A DNA stretch of 63,763 nt, the filler included, from Nemertoderma westbladi (lineage: Eukaryota; Animalia; Xenacoelomorpha), in NCBI GenBank assembly GCA_032718475.1. It is 5 parts of 5 records of this genome, joined end to end, with 100 filler letters (N's around TTAATTAATTAA, not from the genome) between each part and the next. Parts side by side here need not be neighbours in the genome. Positions count along the whole stretch, not along the records: positions 1 to 14,951 come from JAUCBJ010000574.1; 4 more parts are not named here. One strand, 5' to 3'. The translations under genes were made by a program, and so were the position numbers. Numbering within the stretch: the first letter of the stretch is position 1; the number at the start of each line of letters is the position of its first letter. The notes under the pieces are model-generated. The model did not search any database, was not told the DNA's origin, and was given only the letters and a program-made list of their open reading frames with translations. Positions 1 to 12,749 of the stretch are shown here, one piece after another.

Positions 1-1
1 G

Positions 2-1483
2 GCCGAGTTAGAGCGACAAACGGCAGCGGCAGCTGCAGCGGCTGAGTTAGAGCGACAAACGGCTGCGGCAGAGTTAGAGCGACAAACGGCTGCGGCAGAG
101 TTAGAGCGACAAAGAGTAGTTTCGGAAGCCAGAGTCGAGATGAAGACACGGCAAATAAAAGCCCAACAAGCGATACGACAAGCAGAGTTCGAGGCGCAAC
201 AACAACAAACGGAACAACGAGAAAAGGAAGTTAAACTTCGTTTCGAACTTGAGAAGAGGGCGAGAGAATTAGCCGAAACTAAGGAAAATCTGGATCTTCT
301 AGCCCGCGATCGATCGATGAGATCTCGCGACGGACATGATTTGGACCAGTTAGAGGTAAGACATCGCCAAATTCAGGAACGGAAGAAGGAAGGAAGCGTA
401 GGAGCACCCGGACGGGAACGACAATTAGTAAAAGACGTGTGTCAACGATTCCCACAGGTAACTCATATGTTTGCACCGGTTACGACTAAGGAACCTGTTT
501 CGATTGCGGGTAGTAGTGATATTTCTCCTATCCATGGTGCGACGGAACACAGGTTTGTTATTCCGAACGAGTTTATACCGCCAAGAGCAACGTCGTCGCC
601 TATTCCGAGAGTCAAGGTAAGTAACCCACCGATTACAGATCGTAGTAGTTTATTGACCGGACCTGCGCTACTGACGACAAAACAGGTGAGTCCACCTTTG
701 ACGCCTAAACCCGTTACACATTACGCTTACCCAATGACGTTTCGACCTACAAGGCCAGTTGTTTCAAATGCTGTCATTCGCCCACCGGTTCAGTTTACAT
801 CGCAATCTACGACTTCGAGGAAGACTTGTGAGCCTACCGAACAACGGAGAACAGTGGAGACGCGACCGTTCAACCAGTTTACATCGCAATCTACGACTTC
901 GAGGAAGACTTGTGAGCCTACCGAACAACGGAGATCAGTGGACGATGTTCCGAAACGAGCCGTTAGAATTCGAACGACGCAACGGACGCGAGCACGTCGA
1001 CCACCATATCCAGATGATAGTAGTACTTCGAGCGAATCGGATTACCCGATACGCGAGGTATTTAGAACGGGGGCGGCCGATGAATATAAACGCGAGCGTT
1101 CAGACAACTCCTTTGCAGACAATCCTCCACAGAATACACCGACACAGAAGGCGTTACCACCAGCGGGCGCGATCGGTGCGCAACAGTTCGCCGACATTGT
1201 CAACAAGTTGGCCCGGATTGAGGAACGTCTGGAGGAAGGTTACACCGACAGTTCGAGAAATTCCGAATTCGAACACAATAGACACCCGAAGGGACCACAA
1301 AGACCGGTACCTTCAAACCCCACATCGTATCAGGGAAAAGCGCCAAGAAGGGAGAACATCAACCAGGTTACCAACCAAGGACGCGAAACTCTGAACGTTG
1401 CCGAGGAGATAGCGAAATTCGCAGCCAGACAGGGATTGCCGGTACAACAACCACCGAAGTTCTCCGGTAGCTCAAAACAATAA
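2..1483 (+). mobile_element. BEL/Pao-type gag-like ORF fragment (open from window start, truncated at the start of the conserved gag core)
   Basis: Coiled-coil AELERQTAAA repeats and a Pro/Ser/Thr-rich linker, ending in LPVQQPPKFSGS*, which resembles the P-x-F-x-G start of the BEL gag (DUF1759-type) core. Internal ~60-nt duplication at 791 and 875. Confidence 0.55.
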
Positions 1484-1499
1484 AGTCGTTTGTAATAAA

Positions 1500-2730
1500 G
1501 TCAGAAATACTAGTCACATCTCTCAGCCTTTCTATCTGTTTTAATATGGTTTCACTACGGTGAACAAACTCAGGGACAGGATGGCCAGCTAGAGATCGGG
1601 CCACAGCAATGAACGGGAACATCACGGGAATGTAGACGAGAGACAACCCGCAATACCATCTAGCGTTATTCGCCCATCGCCTGAAAGGTTAGACAGCGTT
1701 CGATCCTTGCTACCTAAGTGTAAGACCAAAAGATCAAAGGTAGACGTAGTGACACGCTGTGAGCCCAAAATTACATCATAGGGACTGTACTGTCTTGATT
1801 CAGGGAAAAACCGCAGTAGACCTTCATATTCCTACGGGGGAGAGGGAGAGAGAGCAGATACTAGTACGCAGATAGGACGTAGGCACACCGGTACAAGGCA
1901 TACACATTGGTTAGGGTGCAGCAAACTGTACGCTTAACTCTTGCTAAGTACAGGTGTGTGTGCGACTATTTGCCGTACAACGGTGTCCGTTACATCAGAA
2001 CTTGTAGGCTAGGGGGTTGCTGTGTTTTCACCTGAATTGGGATTGTACCGTTCAGGCGGTAGGGCAGTTTACGCTAGGCGCAAATAAATTGAGGCTATCA
2101 GGGATATACTAACATCTACCGTGTCCCCGCCAACGCCCTAATAGGAAGTTACCCGGACTACCTGGGTGACTAAAATTCTAGATAGGAGCCAGGATAGCTA
2201 TTAGTACCCGTACGCCTACAGTAGTAAACTAACACATCTCTTCTTAGTATCAGGGACCTGGTACCTAAAATTGCCGAATTCTGGGCGTAGTATTAACCTT
2301 ATGCCTGAATTTGAGTCCTGGAAATACGCAAGAGGGGAAGGAACCTTACCATTCGTGAGTATTGGACCTACAAGTTACAAATTAGAATATTCGTAAAATG
2401 CACACCGTACCCAGTAATTATATATGTGAAGGAGCAAAACTGCTTTTGACCGTTCAGAATTAACACACGCGCGTTAGAAATTATTTACACCTCAAAATAT
2501 ATAAAATTAACTTAGTCCGTACTGTGCTTTGCCCGCTAGTTAGACATCTCCAAATCTGCTCTGTACCTAGCTAGCGTCCCTTTGCCCAACCATATAAATC
2601 ACACCGCGGCAAAGTATACGAGCCCCTTAGTCCGTCAGTGAGTCAGCCTGATTTTAGGATTCGCTGCGCGGGATTTTGCTTTATCGAAGTTTGTCTGCTC
2701 GTAGACTGTTTTCTGCCTCACCGGTTAAAA
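1500..2730 (+). repeat. Non-coding dispersed repeat (possible LTR-element leader), homologous to 18331-21660 on the minus strand
   Basis: Collinear shared blocks, e.g. ccatataaatcacaccgcggcaa (~2590 vs reverse complement ~18442-18464), ttaggattcgctgcgcggg and ctgcctcaccggtta. Confidence 0.75.
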
Positions 2731-2885
2731 GAGATCGATACTGCAATATATTCGCTTACTTAGGGTTTACTGTTTTGGTGAGAAGGTCGGATTTATGATT
2801 TGATTTACAAACTTTACAGTAGGATATTGCAGGTATTGTTACCGTCTCTTCCGATAGTAGGAATAGGCGTATCTCTCCAATTTAA

Positions 2886-3137
2886 TATTGCATACCACAG
2901 CTAAGTTATTCAGTTTACTCAGTCATCTAGCGCAGATCGGAGACATTTCGTACCGTCACCGTCACTACCGGTATAACATTCATTATCTGACTTTCACTAT
3001 ATCTGTCAACTGTGCTATCACATATATTATATCAGTTGTCTATATCAATATTAGAGCGATAACAACGAACATATCAGTTGTCTATATCAATATCAGAGCG
3101 ATAACAACGAACTATTATATTTTCTCAACAAACAACA
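2886..3137 (+). repeat. Partial 5' LTR (3' portion), with an internal 42-bp tandem duplication
   Basis: tattgcataccacagctaagttattcag... is near-identical to 9819-9975. atatcagttgtctatatcaata...acaacgaac occurs twice (3029-3112). Confidence 0.7.
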
Positions 3138-3284
3138 CGGTGACGCGTAACGTAATAAACCGGTCGGGATCCCCTGATCCCGTCACAGTACAAAATTCCC
3201 AACACTGTAAGCTGTGACTGCAGAGTACGAAAAACCTGAAACTGCTAAACTGTGACTGCCAGCCACCACGATAAAAGTTAAAAG

Positions 3285-4256
3285 ATGAGCACAGAGCCCC
3301 GAGATCTAGAGGGAGAGAGGACACTGCCCCGGACCCCGGACGATACCAACGAAACGATCCGTGAGGTTGCGACGCGACTGTATCGACCCGCGACGCCGGA
3401 TTCACTGGCGAGAGAAGATCCGGCAGCTCAGGCGGAGGGTCTACTACAACGAGGGGATGAGTCGACCCACGACAGCGGTCGAAGTGCCGAAATCGCCGGC
3501 CAGCCACAGGCCGAGGGCGACGGACGGCCCACCGGAACGGCGACGGTGGGGCCGCCGGTACGACGCCGAACCAGGAGAGGAGGAGGAGATGTCGGCGACG
3601 AGGACGTCGGAACCAGCGATCGGCTTCGACTTGCCTACAATGCCACAAAGAAACAGCTCAAGGAGGCCAGAGAGGGAGCAAAGGTAGACCAGGGGAAGTT
3701 GAGCCAGCGACTAGGTAATTCGAATAAACATTTCAGATACCTAGTTCGTTTCGGGCAGGGAGAACTAGCGAGTGAGAGAGCGAGGAGGGTCGCCACCAAA
3801 CTATTTGAACTGTGGTGGTCCGGGATAATGGAGCCCCAAGTAGTGTACATAGGGCTGTATTTAGTGGATGCTAGGGGAATTAAGTTAGTGGGTTGGGCAG
3901 ACCCGCAGGAGGGCGAATCCGAGGTTAATCCCGAGGATTCGGTCTCGTCGGTTAGCGAGAACCCCAGAAAGCGGGGGAAAGTTAGTAGGACAGAGAGGCG
4001 ACGGGGGTCCATCGCGACCGAGAAGTCCACTACATCCTCCGCAAAAGCAAGAAGGGTGTTAGAGATAGAACTGGCGTGTCAATTAGACATCGCGGCGCTA
4101 GACCAGATAGAGTTAGAGACAATTGAACGAGGGAACCACATTATTAGAGAGAGAGAGTTAGCCAGGGAATGTAGAGAGAGGGCCAATAGAGTGGCGAGAG
4201 ACTGTAGGGAGCGCGAGGAACGGGAGGCAAAAATAGAGAATGAGCGTAAAGAGTGA
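3285..4256 (+). CDS. BEL/Pao gag N-terminal region (continues through frameshifts into coiled-coil and Asn-rich sequence to ~5310)
   Basis: VNPEDSVSSVS...STTSSAKARR followed by an E/R-rich coiled coil, typical of BEL gag N-termini. Lies just downstream of the LTR end. Confidence 0.6.
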   Translation: MSTEPRDLEGERTLPRTPDDTNETIREVATRLYRPATPDSLAREDPAAQAEGLLQRGDESTHDSGRSAEIAGQPQAEGDGRPTGTATVGPPVRRRTRRGGGDVGDEDVGTSDRLRLAYNATKKQLKEAREGAKVDQGKLSQRLGNSNKHFRYLVRFGQGELASERARRVATKLFELWWSGIMEPQVVYIGLYLVDARGIKLVGWADPQEGESEVNPEDSVSSVSENPRKRGKVSRTERRRGSIATEKSTTSSAKARRVLEIELACQLDIAALDQIELETIERGNHIIRERELARECRERANRVARDCREREEREAKIENERKE

Positions 4257-6789
4257 GAGGTGAGAGAGACGAGCGAACGCAAGGAGCGTGAGGCGAGGAG
4301 GCTTGAGAGGATTTCGAGAGAGGCAGAGTTGGCCGAGCAAAGTTTACGAGAGGATAGAGTGAGAGAGAGAGAGAGGGAAAGCATATGCGGGATGATATGC
4401 ATGCCCGGCTAAGGGGGCTTATGCAATATTAGGCCAAGCAGAAGCACCGATTAGAAATGGCGCAGTTGGGGCTATCAGAGAGTGAGGCTGGCTTGGGTAG
4501 TGTTTACAAGAAGCCAGAAGTAATGGAAATGTTTGTTAATACCCCACTTACAGGGACCGGACGACAGACCCAAGACTGGTGTAAACGTATGGGCGGGGGG
4601 GGGGGGGGGGGGTAATAATAATACGCTAGAAGGCGTCAATATTAATAGTACCGTAGTAGACAACCCTAATCAAACTTTCATTGCACTTCATTTCATTCAT
4701 TTCACTTTCATTTTTTTTGCCCGGTAACAATAATTTAAATCCGAACGATCCTAATTTAAATAATCCAAATAATAATCTAGACTCGAATATACAAAGTAAT
4801 TCAAATAATTTAAATTTAAATACGCAAAATAATCTAAATAATAATTTTAATTCAAACGAGCAAAATAATCCCGATTCTAATTCAAATATACAGAATAATT
4901 TAAATAACAATCCGAATTCCGTACAGAATAATTCTAATAATTTAAATAATTTAGAGAATAATTTTGATACTGGTGCTATTAATATAAACGCGGCAGATGT
5001 AGGTGGCCCGGCCAACGAGAGCCTGCCAGGCCACATAATCAGTACGCAGGGGGTAACAGGGATAAGAGACCCTGACGGGAGCCTGGTAGGCCACGTAGTT
5101 AATACGCAGGGAGTAGCGGGGGTGAGTCAACCCGACAGGAGCCTGCCAGGCCACGCAGTGATAGAGGGAGAGGCGGGGGTGAATAGACCCAGCCGCAGTA
5201 GAGATAGTGCGTCGACTAGAGAGGGGCGTAGAGGCGAAGTGAGAGATAGTGAAGTGATAGGTGGCGAGTGGGGGGGGGGGGGGCTACAGGAGCTCCACAA
5301 CGAGATATAAGCGGCGAGAGGGGGGGGGCAGAGAGTGTCCCACAGGCGTCGGCGGATAATGCGCGGGGCAAATTAGGTGAACCGCAGCACCCGGCGATGG
5401 AGAATAGTAGGGGGATTACGAATATCCCCAGTGGCGTGCGACCGGGTAGAGAGAGAGAGGTTGGCGTCGTGAGAGGGCGAGCGACAAGACGTTGAGCCCA
5501 GTCAGAAGAGGGAAGAAGAACAGTGGAGTTTAACCAGGAGGTCGATGAGAGATCTCACGAGCGGGGACGCTACACTGCAGAGAGAAGAAGAGAAGAGAGT
5601 AGAAGAAGTATCGTTGCGAGCAACAGGAGAGCGAGGACAGATAGCGAGCTGTCGGTAGTAAGATGGATTTGGAGAGTCGGTGGGGTCGAACTCCGGGAGA
5701 TTGCTGTTGTCCCGGAGAGACGCGGCCTGGCGAGGTGTACTATACCCCGAGAGAGGGGTACAGGGTGTACCGGTATGAGGACGAGAATATGAGAGGGGAT
5801 CGAAGAGAAACTTCCCGACGGGATGTAGCTGCCGATCAAGGGTATGGTAGCCGCGGGGAGGACTTCTTGGATTATTCGAGAAGGTTGAACTTCGGTCTGG
5901 AGGGACACGTACAGACTGCTGGACATACTGTAGGCCTTACTGCACATACTATGGGCCATGCTGGGAGAGATAATGTAGGCGATAGGGTAGCGCGGACGAC
6001 GGGATTAAACCCGTAAGTCGCGGAGTACATACCAGTAGGTAGGCCAGAAGTGGATAGGCCTATACCGGTACCAGCACAGCAGTATGACTATAGCATGCAG
6101 GGACATAACATATACCCAGTTGAGGGGGATATTGCAGATAGGCAATATAAACAACAAAGAACAAATATATGCAAATACCCGGTTGAGGGGGATATTGCAG
6201 ATAGATGGATGGGCCCCAATATATTAACATCAACCCCAGTACCAAACATAACATTGGTGGGGGGGGGGGGGGGTGGACAGGGTGACATTCCCCCATTACA
6301 GTATCGGCAGTATAGACAACCAAGAACAAAGAGGATTCGACGAAGAGAGTGGGGTGGAAAGTGAGACGAGCTAGAGGGGGGAAGAGTGGTCCATTAGGTT
6401 GGACAGAAAAGGGTTTGGACGCGCTGACGTGAAGGTGTAGGTAGTTAAAAGAGAAACATACGCACTGAGGTAGACTGAGGGCGTCACGCACGGGTATGAA
6501 AGGGGGGTATGTACGCATACCGTTGGTTATCAGAAGTGGGATAACCAAGTAGAGTATGGAGAGGGAGAAACCTGTGGGCATTGAGGACATCAGGTGGCCA
6601 GAAACGAGAAGGATTAGAGGAAGAGAGTGGGGCGGAAAGTGAGGCGAGCTAGAGGAGGAAGATGGGAGAGAGGAGAAGGGTACAGGGGATGCGTTGAACT
6701 AAGTACGGCACGGGTGTGATGACGTGTTTGATGCAAGAGCAGGGTATGTTAATTAGGGTGGGTGCCGGGCACAAGAGGTGCCGGGCACA

Positions 6790-8280
6790 AGAAGTTAGTG
6801 GAGTTAGTTAAGTTAGTAAGAGTTAGTAGTAGAGTTAGTTGAGTTAGTAAGAGTTAGTAGAGAGTTAGTAGAGTTAGTAAGAGTTAGTAGTTGTTCACAT
6901 AATTAACATACCCACTTTTACGGCACTCAGAGCGTCACGTGCAGGCGAGAAGATGTAGAGGAGATAAGATGTAGATAGAGTAGAGGAAGTAGATGCAGAG
7001 ATAAATGTAGAGGAAGTAGATAGAGGTGGGAGAGATGCGTGATGAAGGGGTGGCCCATAAGTTGTTGAGTGGTCCAATAGGTTGGACAGAGAAGGGTACG
7101 GACATGCCGGGGTGTGTGTGTGAGGGTGTGGGTGGTTAAAAGTTGCGTTGCCTAGGTTAACATGGCTCCTAGGGTAACTTAGCATACGCACCTTTGACGG
7201 CACTGAGGGCGTCACGTACAGAGTTGAGGGGGAGCATGTATACATAACCATAGTTGAGGGGTGCAGTAGTAGAGGTGGGCACATAGGGTGCCAGGTAGTA
7301 GAGTAGTAGAGAGGGCGCAAAGGGTGCCAGGTAGTAGAGTAGTAGAGAGGGCACAAAGTGAGGGGGGGTATGTACGCATGTCATAGCCGAAGAGTATGGA
7401 AAGTGCGAAACCTGTGGGCACTGAGGGCATCACGAGTGTGAGCAATAAGAGGGTAGGTACCATTAGTAGAGGAGTTAGTAAGAGTAGTAAGAGGGTACGT
7501 AGTACCGTTAGCTAGAGAGTTAGTAAGAGTAGTAAGAGGGTAGGTAGTACCGTTAGTAGAGGAGTTAGTAAGAGTTTTTTTTAGATCAGTTACTAGTTTA
7601 TTATATAATTTGCACAATATCAGCAGAACTCTTTAACAGGCACTTTATTAATAGAACAAAATGAATAATTCCTACTCCGATACCGATAATAAAAAAAATA
7701 ATAAATAAAGAAAGAAGGGCCTGTTTAGAGGCCTATGACTACCACTGACAGTCAGTCTAGCCGGTGTTGGTATCAGCGTTAGTCAGGCGAATCGAGTCTG
7801 CGGACACCTGATGTTAGTAAGAGTAGTAAGAGGGTACGTAGTACCATTAGCTAGAGAGTTAGTAAGAGGGTACGTAGTACCGTTAGCTAGAGAGTTAGTA
7901 AGAGTAGTAAGAGGGTACATAGTACCATTAGTTAGAGAGTTAGTAAGAGTAGTAAGAGGGTACGTGTAGTACCGTTAGGAGAGTTAGTAGTATGAGGGTA
8001 CGTAGTACCATTAGTTAGAGAGTTAGTAGAGTGGGAGAGTTAGTAGAGGTAGAGAGTTAGTAGAAGTAGAGTGTTAGTAGAGTTAGAGAGTTAGTAGAGG
8101 TTGAGAGTTAGTCGAGTTAGTAGAGGTAGAGAGTTAGTAGAGTTAGAGAGATAGTAGAGGTAGAGAGTCAGTAGAGTTAGAGAGTTAGAGAGTCAGTAGA
8201 GTTAGAGAGTTAGGGAGTTAGTAGAGCTAGTGGAGTTAGTAGAGTTAGCAGTAAGAGAGTAGAGAGCACAATATACCGTA
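6790..8280. repeat. Purine-biased (GAGTTAGTA/GTAGAG-type) simple repeats and 42-bp minisatellites inside the BEL element
   Basis: Repeated gagttagtaagagtagtaagagggtacgtagtaccgttagctaga units and gagttagtagag runs. Confidence 0.85.
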
Positions 8281-8761
8281 GAAGTATTAGCTAGAAAGGT
8301 AGATAGGATAATAGCACAGAACAGGGGCAGATAGAGATAAAACAAAAAAAAATCAAAATAAAATTAAGAACATCAGGATCACCCCTGAACTACAGAAGAG
8401 CCTTCTAGGTGGCCTTCGAAGGTCTGGTAGACCACCCAGGGCTGAAGGGCGAGTCGGTGTAATACAACAGCCGGCATCTAGTAGACAGGGAGGTGGATAC
8501 ACATATCAGAGGTGGGAGAAGTTGGAAGCAGATAGACTTGAGGAGAAGCAACTGGAAGAAGTCGCCAGACGAGAAAGGCGGAGAGAGAGACTGAAGCGGG
8601 TGAGACCAGGAGAGACAAGTCATATCACCTCCGAGCGGGGGGGGGGGGGGGGGGGGGGTTGAGGCGCGTCATGTAGACGAGCATATAATATAATATTTAT
8701 AATAATAATATTATAATCTTATAATAATTATATAATAATTCGTATATATTATAAAATATAT

Positions 8762-8945
8762 GCCTTAGTCAAGTACAACCTTTTTCCAATTAGCTACTGG
8801 GACTGGGGACTAATTGACTAGAATAGAAGGACGACACTTAGACGGATCCCCCTAACATGGTGCACACATGTGTGGGACCCGATAAGTGTGTGGTCATTAA
8901 ACAACAGGGCGGAGTTCAGGATTTACTGTGAAAGCTCGTATCCTA
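8762..8945 (+). pseudogene. Remnant of the BEL polyprotein C-terminal (DUF5641-like) domain
   Basis: Translates ALVKYNLFPISYWDWGLID ... CVGPDKCVVIKQQGG...KLV, resembling the Lv...P...W.lgrI...G.Dg.vr.v.vkt..G...kL pattern. Confidence 0.5.
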
Positions 8946-9503
8946 CGGGACAAGAATCGTGCAGATGGGCACTACCGGGATATGAGTAGGAGGGGCACTT
9001 GGTGGGACCACAGGCATGGAGAGTGAAGGAATATGAGAGGAGTATGAGAGGAATATGGGTAAGAGTTGAGTATAAGAACGCAGGGGAGATAGCGAGAGGT
9101 GGTGTTGAGGCACGTGGAGAGAATGCAGGTGCAATTCAAATGTGGGGGGGGGGAGGAGTAAGAGGCAGAGTGAGGGACAAGGAGGTCCGAAAGTTAGAGT
9201 GGAAGTAGAGAGGAGTAGAGAAGAGTTAGAGTGAAAGTGGAAGGAAGTTAGAAACAGTTAGAGTGGAGATAAAATAAGGTCCACAATTGTCTCGAACCGA
9301 GACGCCAGATGTCTTGGTGCAACGTATGTCGGAGTTGCACCAAGAGAGGGTAGTAATATCATACCCAGAGGGAGCGGCCTGGAAAGCCGACTCCAAGTAA
9401 GAGAACTCCACCCCACACCCGATAGTAGATCGGGTTCCAGTGGAATTGAAGCGCACTCGAAGGTGATGCTATCTTCTCACCGGGAAGATAGCATGGGGGG
9501 GAG

Positions 9504-9975
9504 TGTGAGCGGATTCAATTCCGCCTCACTGTCCACATAAAGTTGGGAAGTGGCGCCTTTTTCAGCAATATTGGGGATACGAGCTTAATCACAATTAATC
9601 TCGTATCACACCCAATAACGGGGACAACACACAGCCCCGAAGGCCACACAAAGGGAGGTTAGAGGTCAAACCACCTCGAAAGGGAAAGTAACAGCAGCGG
9701 AGGGGAAGCACTCCCACAGAGGTGGGAGCCGAGAATTAGTATATTAGCCAATAAGGGCGAGGAAAGCATCCGCCAGATAGAGAGGCCAAAGAATTGTAGG
9801 GATGACAATCATATATTATATTGCATACCACAGCTAAGTTATTCAGTTTACTCAGTCATCTAGCGCAGATCGGTGACATTTCGTACTGTCACTACTGGTA
9901 TAACATTCATTATCTGACTTTCACTATATCTGTCAACTGTGCTATCACATATATTATATCAGTTAGTCTATATCA
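9504..9975 (+). repeat. Partial 3' LTR (5' portion)
   Basis: Starts TGT right after the PPT gggggggag. The last ~155 nt match 2886-3047. Confidence 0.7.
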
Positions 9976-11038
9976 GGCTGTAGTCAATGGTTACGCAGAG
10001 GTAAGACAAGTCATGTGACACGATATTGCTTGCAGAGATGGGAAATAATTCCCCCCGAGAAATATATTGGTTTTGGAATATTACGCTGACAGAGGTCCAA
10101 GTTGTAAATATTGAATCTGAGGGTGAAAATGTGAGCTTAAATGTTAAATAGCTCGATGATATGTATGTATATCGGTTAAAGGACAGGACCGGGAGGGTGT
10201 GGCGACACAGTATAACAAGCAAATGTCTGACTAATTAATTATGTAAGGACTCAAGTCTGGCAACTGTGTTTCCCTTTAGAGGAAAAGTATTGTAACAAGT
10301 CTTTGGTCTAATTACATTGATATCGCTACAGTATTCAATTTGTGACAACTCTCAATCGTGACATAGTTAATAATAAGAGCTTTGCTTACAATAATGGTCT
10401 GAAATATCACCATATATCAATTATTTATTAAGTTAGAGGTACGACGGCACACATAAATCTGATGCAATTGTCAAGATTATCACTGATACTTAATTATAGT
10501 GACCCACCTGGTTGTGGTGCGTGTACAACTTCCTTGATTCCGTAATATCGGCAATATATTAAGCAAATAATAACCACAAATTGAGTTTATCAATAGGTTA
10601 TCAAATATAACAACAAGTAAATATAATTCATTTATTAACAATGAATTTAGTTCAAATGTTAAACTCCAGACATTAGACTTAGACATGTAATAATTGCCAG
10701 TCATTAAAACCTGACTGGCAGTTAAAACTCTGCATGGGAGATGAACTCCACAGCAGCATAATCATGTACTGAGTGAGTATAGCATTCAACCAATTGAGCT
10801 TATATATCAGATTAACCATAATAGAGTAACACAGCCAATGAGGCATTATTGTAGGTAGGATATGTGTATAATGGCACTAAATGGCGTCAAAACCCTTAGT
10901 AAAGCATGGTTTAACTGAAATAGTCGATATTACATCGCAACCAACTTTATCAATAAAAAATGATGTTTTGAGCTTAAAATTAGTAAAATAAGTAATCTAA
11001 AAAGACTAAGTTCATACGTGCATCAACATCCCCCTCGA

Positions 11039-11419
11039 TTACATTGTAGCATGTGAGGCATTAACAAAGTTGGCCTTGCCTTTAATTAATGTAATTACTA
11101 TACCTTGTGGGCAAATTTCCAATTTGACCAGTTTATCCAACAAGTAATTTCCTGCTGCAACATCAACTGTTTTTTTAGACCAGTTTATACTCGAGATATT
11201 ATTTCCACGAAATAGATACATAAAAGTATCATCCGATTTATTGTAGTACGTGATTATAGCATTCCAAACATGCGGCTTTCCAAGATCAGGAAATTCCACA
11301 GAAGTCGTGAGAATCTCAGGTGGAATACTAGTATCTTCGAGATCATAAACTGCCAATTTACCTGTTGGAGACAATTGTTTTATATGGCCATAACACTTTA
11401 AGCCGAAAAAAGTTGTCAA
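11039..11419 (-). CDS. Possible hemopexin-repeat-like coding fragment or exon
   Basis: FPDLGKPHVWNAIITYYNKSDDTFMYLFRGN resembles the hemopexin blade motif fPglp..idAa....yfFkG. Gene structure not resolved. Confidence 0.3.
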   Translation of the reverse strand: MTTFFGLKCYGHIKQLSPTGKLAVYDLEDTSIPPEILTTSVEFPDLGKPHVWNAIITYYNKSDDTFMYLFRGNNISSINWSKKTVDVAAGNYLLDKLVKLEICPQGIVITLIKGKANFVNASHATM

Positions 11420-11939
11420 AACATTTTCAATAGCATGACATTATACATATTTCGAAAGCTCAGAATGTTCTTTGATTTAGTACTAATCAGAGATAAAGCT
11501 AATTAATCAATTATTAAAGTTTCCTGTCGCGATAAAATCTATGGAAATGTAGGCCTACTGCAAGTAGTTTTACTGAACTGCAAATTATATGAGGATCACA
11601 TAATAGGTATGTAATATATTTGCATAAACTTGGTTTGAATTCTTCATTAATCGATCTATTATGGCGCCACCTTTTCCAAAACAAAACAAATTTTATTGAC
11701 AAGTCTATATTTTTACGTATTTTGGGATTTACTTTCTCGTGTTGTGTATAATTAAATATGTGCTACAATTTTACAATTTATCTGTTAAAGAGCAAAAGAT
11801 TTTAGCTTTCGTACGATACTTGAATGACAAAAATCCGTTTAGCGATTCAAATTTTACAACTTTGACCAAAATCTTGGACTTTAAATTCCTTAAAGTGTTA
11901 GGTGTCATATATATAATGTAATTGACGTAATGTAATAAT

Positions 11940-12088
11940 GCCCTCCATAGCGAAAAATATCAACCATCCCTATTGGAGCTCGAACCTGGTACCTAGTTTT
12001 CAAACTTCCGGTTGTCATCAGCTGAGTGTGTGTCCCAAGACAACTAACCTACCAGGACGGATGAAGAATTATTTCGCTATGGAGTGGG
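11940..12088. mobile_element. Small MITE-like element enclosing a tRNA-like B-box sequence
   Basis: Inverted ends ctccatagcgaaa / tttcgctatggag. The minus strand carries GGTTCGAGCTCC. Confidence 0.45.
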
Positions 12089-12749
12089 ATATCATGACAC
12101 CATGATATCATCTGACATAACAACTGCCGACAACGCTGTTTTGATACTATTTTATACTGTTGTTTGGTAACATATGTATGTAATGGATGTTTATATTTGG
12201 AGAATACGTACATATAATCGATAATCCTGACTAACTTTCTTTATTATTGAGAGGTAAGCAGACGGGAAGCATTAGTAACGATTTGGCTCAAATTACAGTG
12301 GTCTGTATGATATTTATGCTATTTCATAACCCCAATGTAAGCGAGTTAAATTTCGCCTTATGAACAAAATTAGTAACAGTCTGCAAATCAGCGTGTTTCC
12401 GTATTATTGTCAGTGAAGTGAGTGCGAGTGAGTAATACTATGTTCCTAAAGAATGTAAATCACAGTGGCTCTATAAAACAACCATTGTAATTATTGTAAG
12501 TCTGTCTGGCGCAGCATCTGAAAGGAACTGTTGATATTACCCTGAAAGTAAACATAGTTTTTGGAGATTGTATAGTAGAGATCAATCGAATAATACAAAC
12601 TAACCTACCCTTTCACGCCAATAGAATTCAGACTCCCACACACGGTGGGTCATACGCCACGCAAAGACTGGCTTCTACTGTTGTCTGATTTGTACGGGCT
12701 AGCAAACAATATAAGACACATAAATTAACAGGTTAAACTGTTAAAGGCC

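Larger units (their letters stand above)
2886..9975 (+). mobile_element. Degenerate non-autonomous BEL/Pao LTR retrotransposon
   Basis: Terminal direct repeat (2886-3047 and 9819-9975). Putative LTR end ...CAACA at 3137, gag-like ORF, remnant of the post-integrase domain at ~8762-8945, and a G-rich PPT (9495-9503) followed by TGT at 9504. No RT or integrase core seen. Confidence 0.7.

Noticed and set aside
5268-9456. Many short ORFs in the BEL interior
   Set aside because: Low-complexity, purine-skewed decayed sequence with no domain motifs except the short remnant at 8762-8945.
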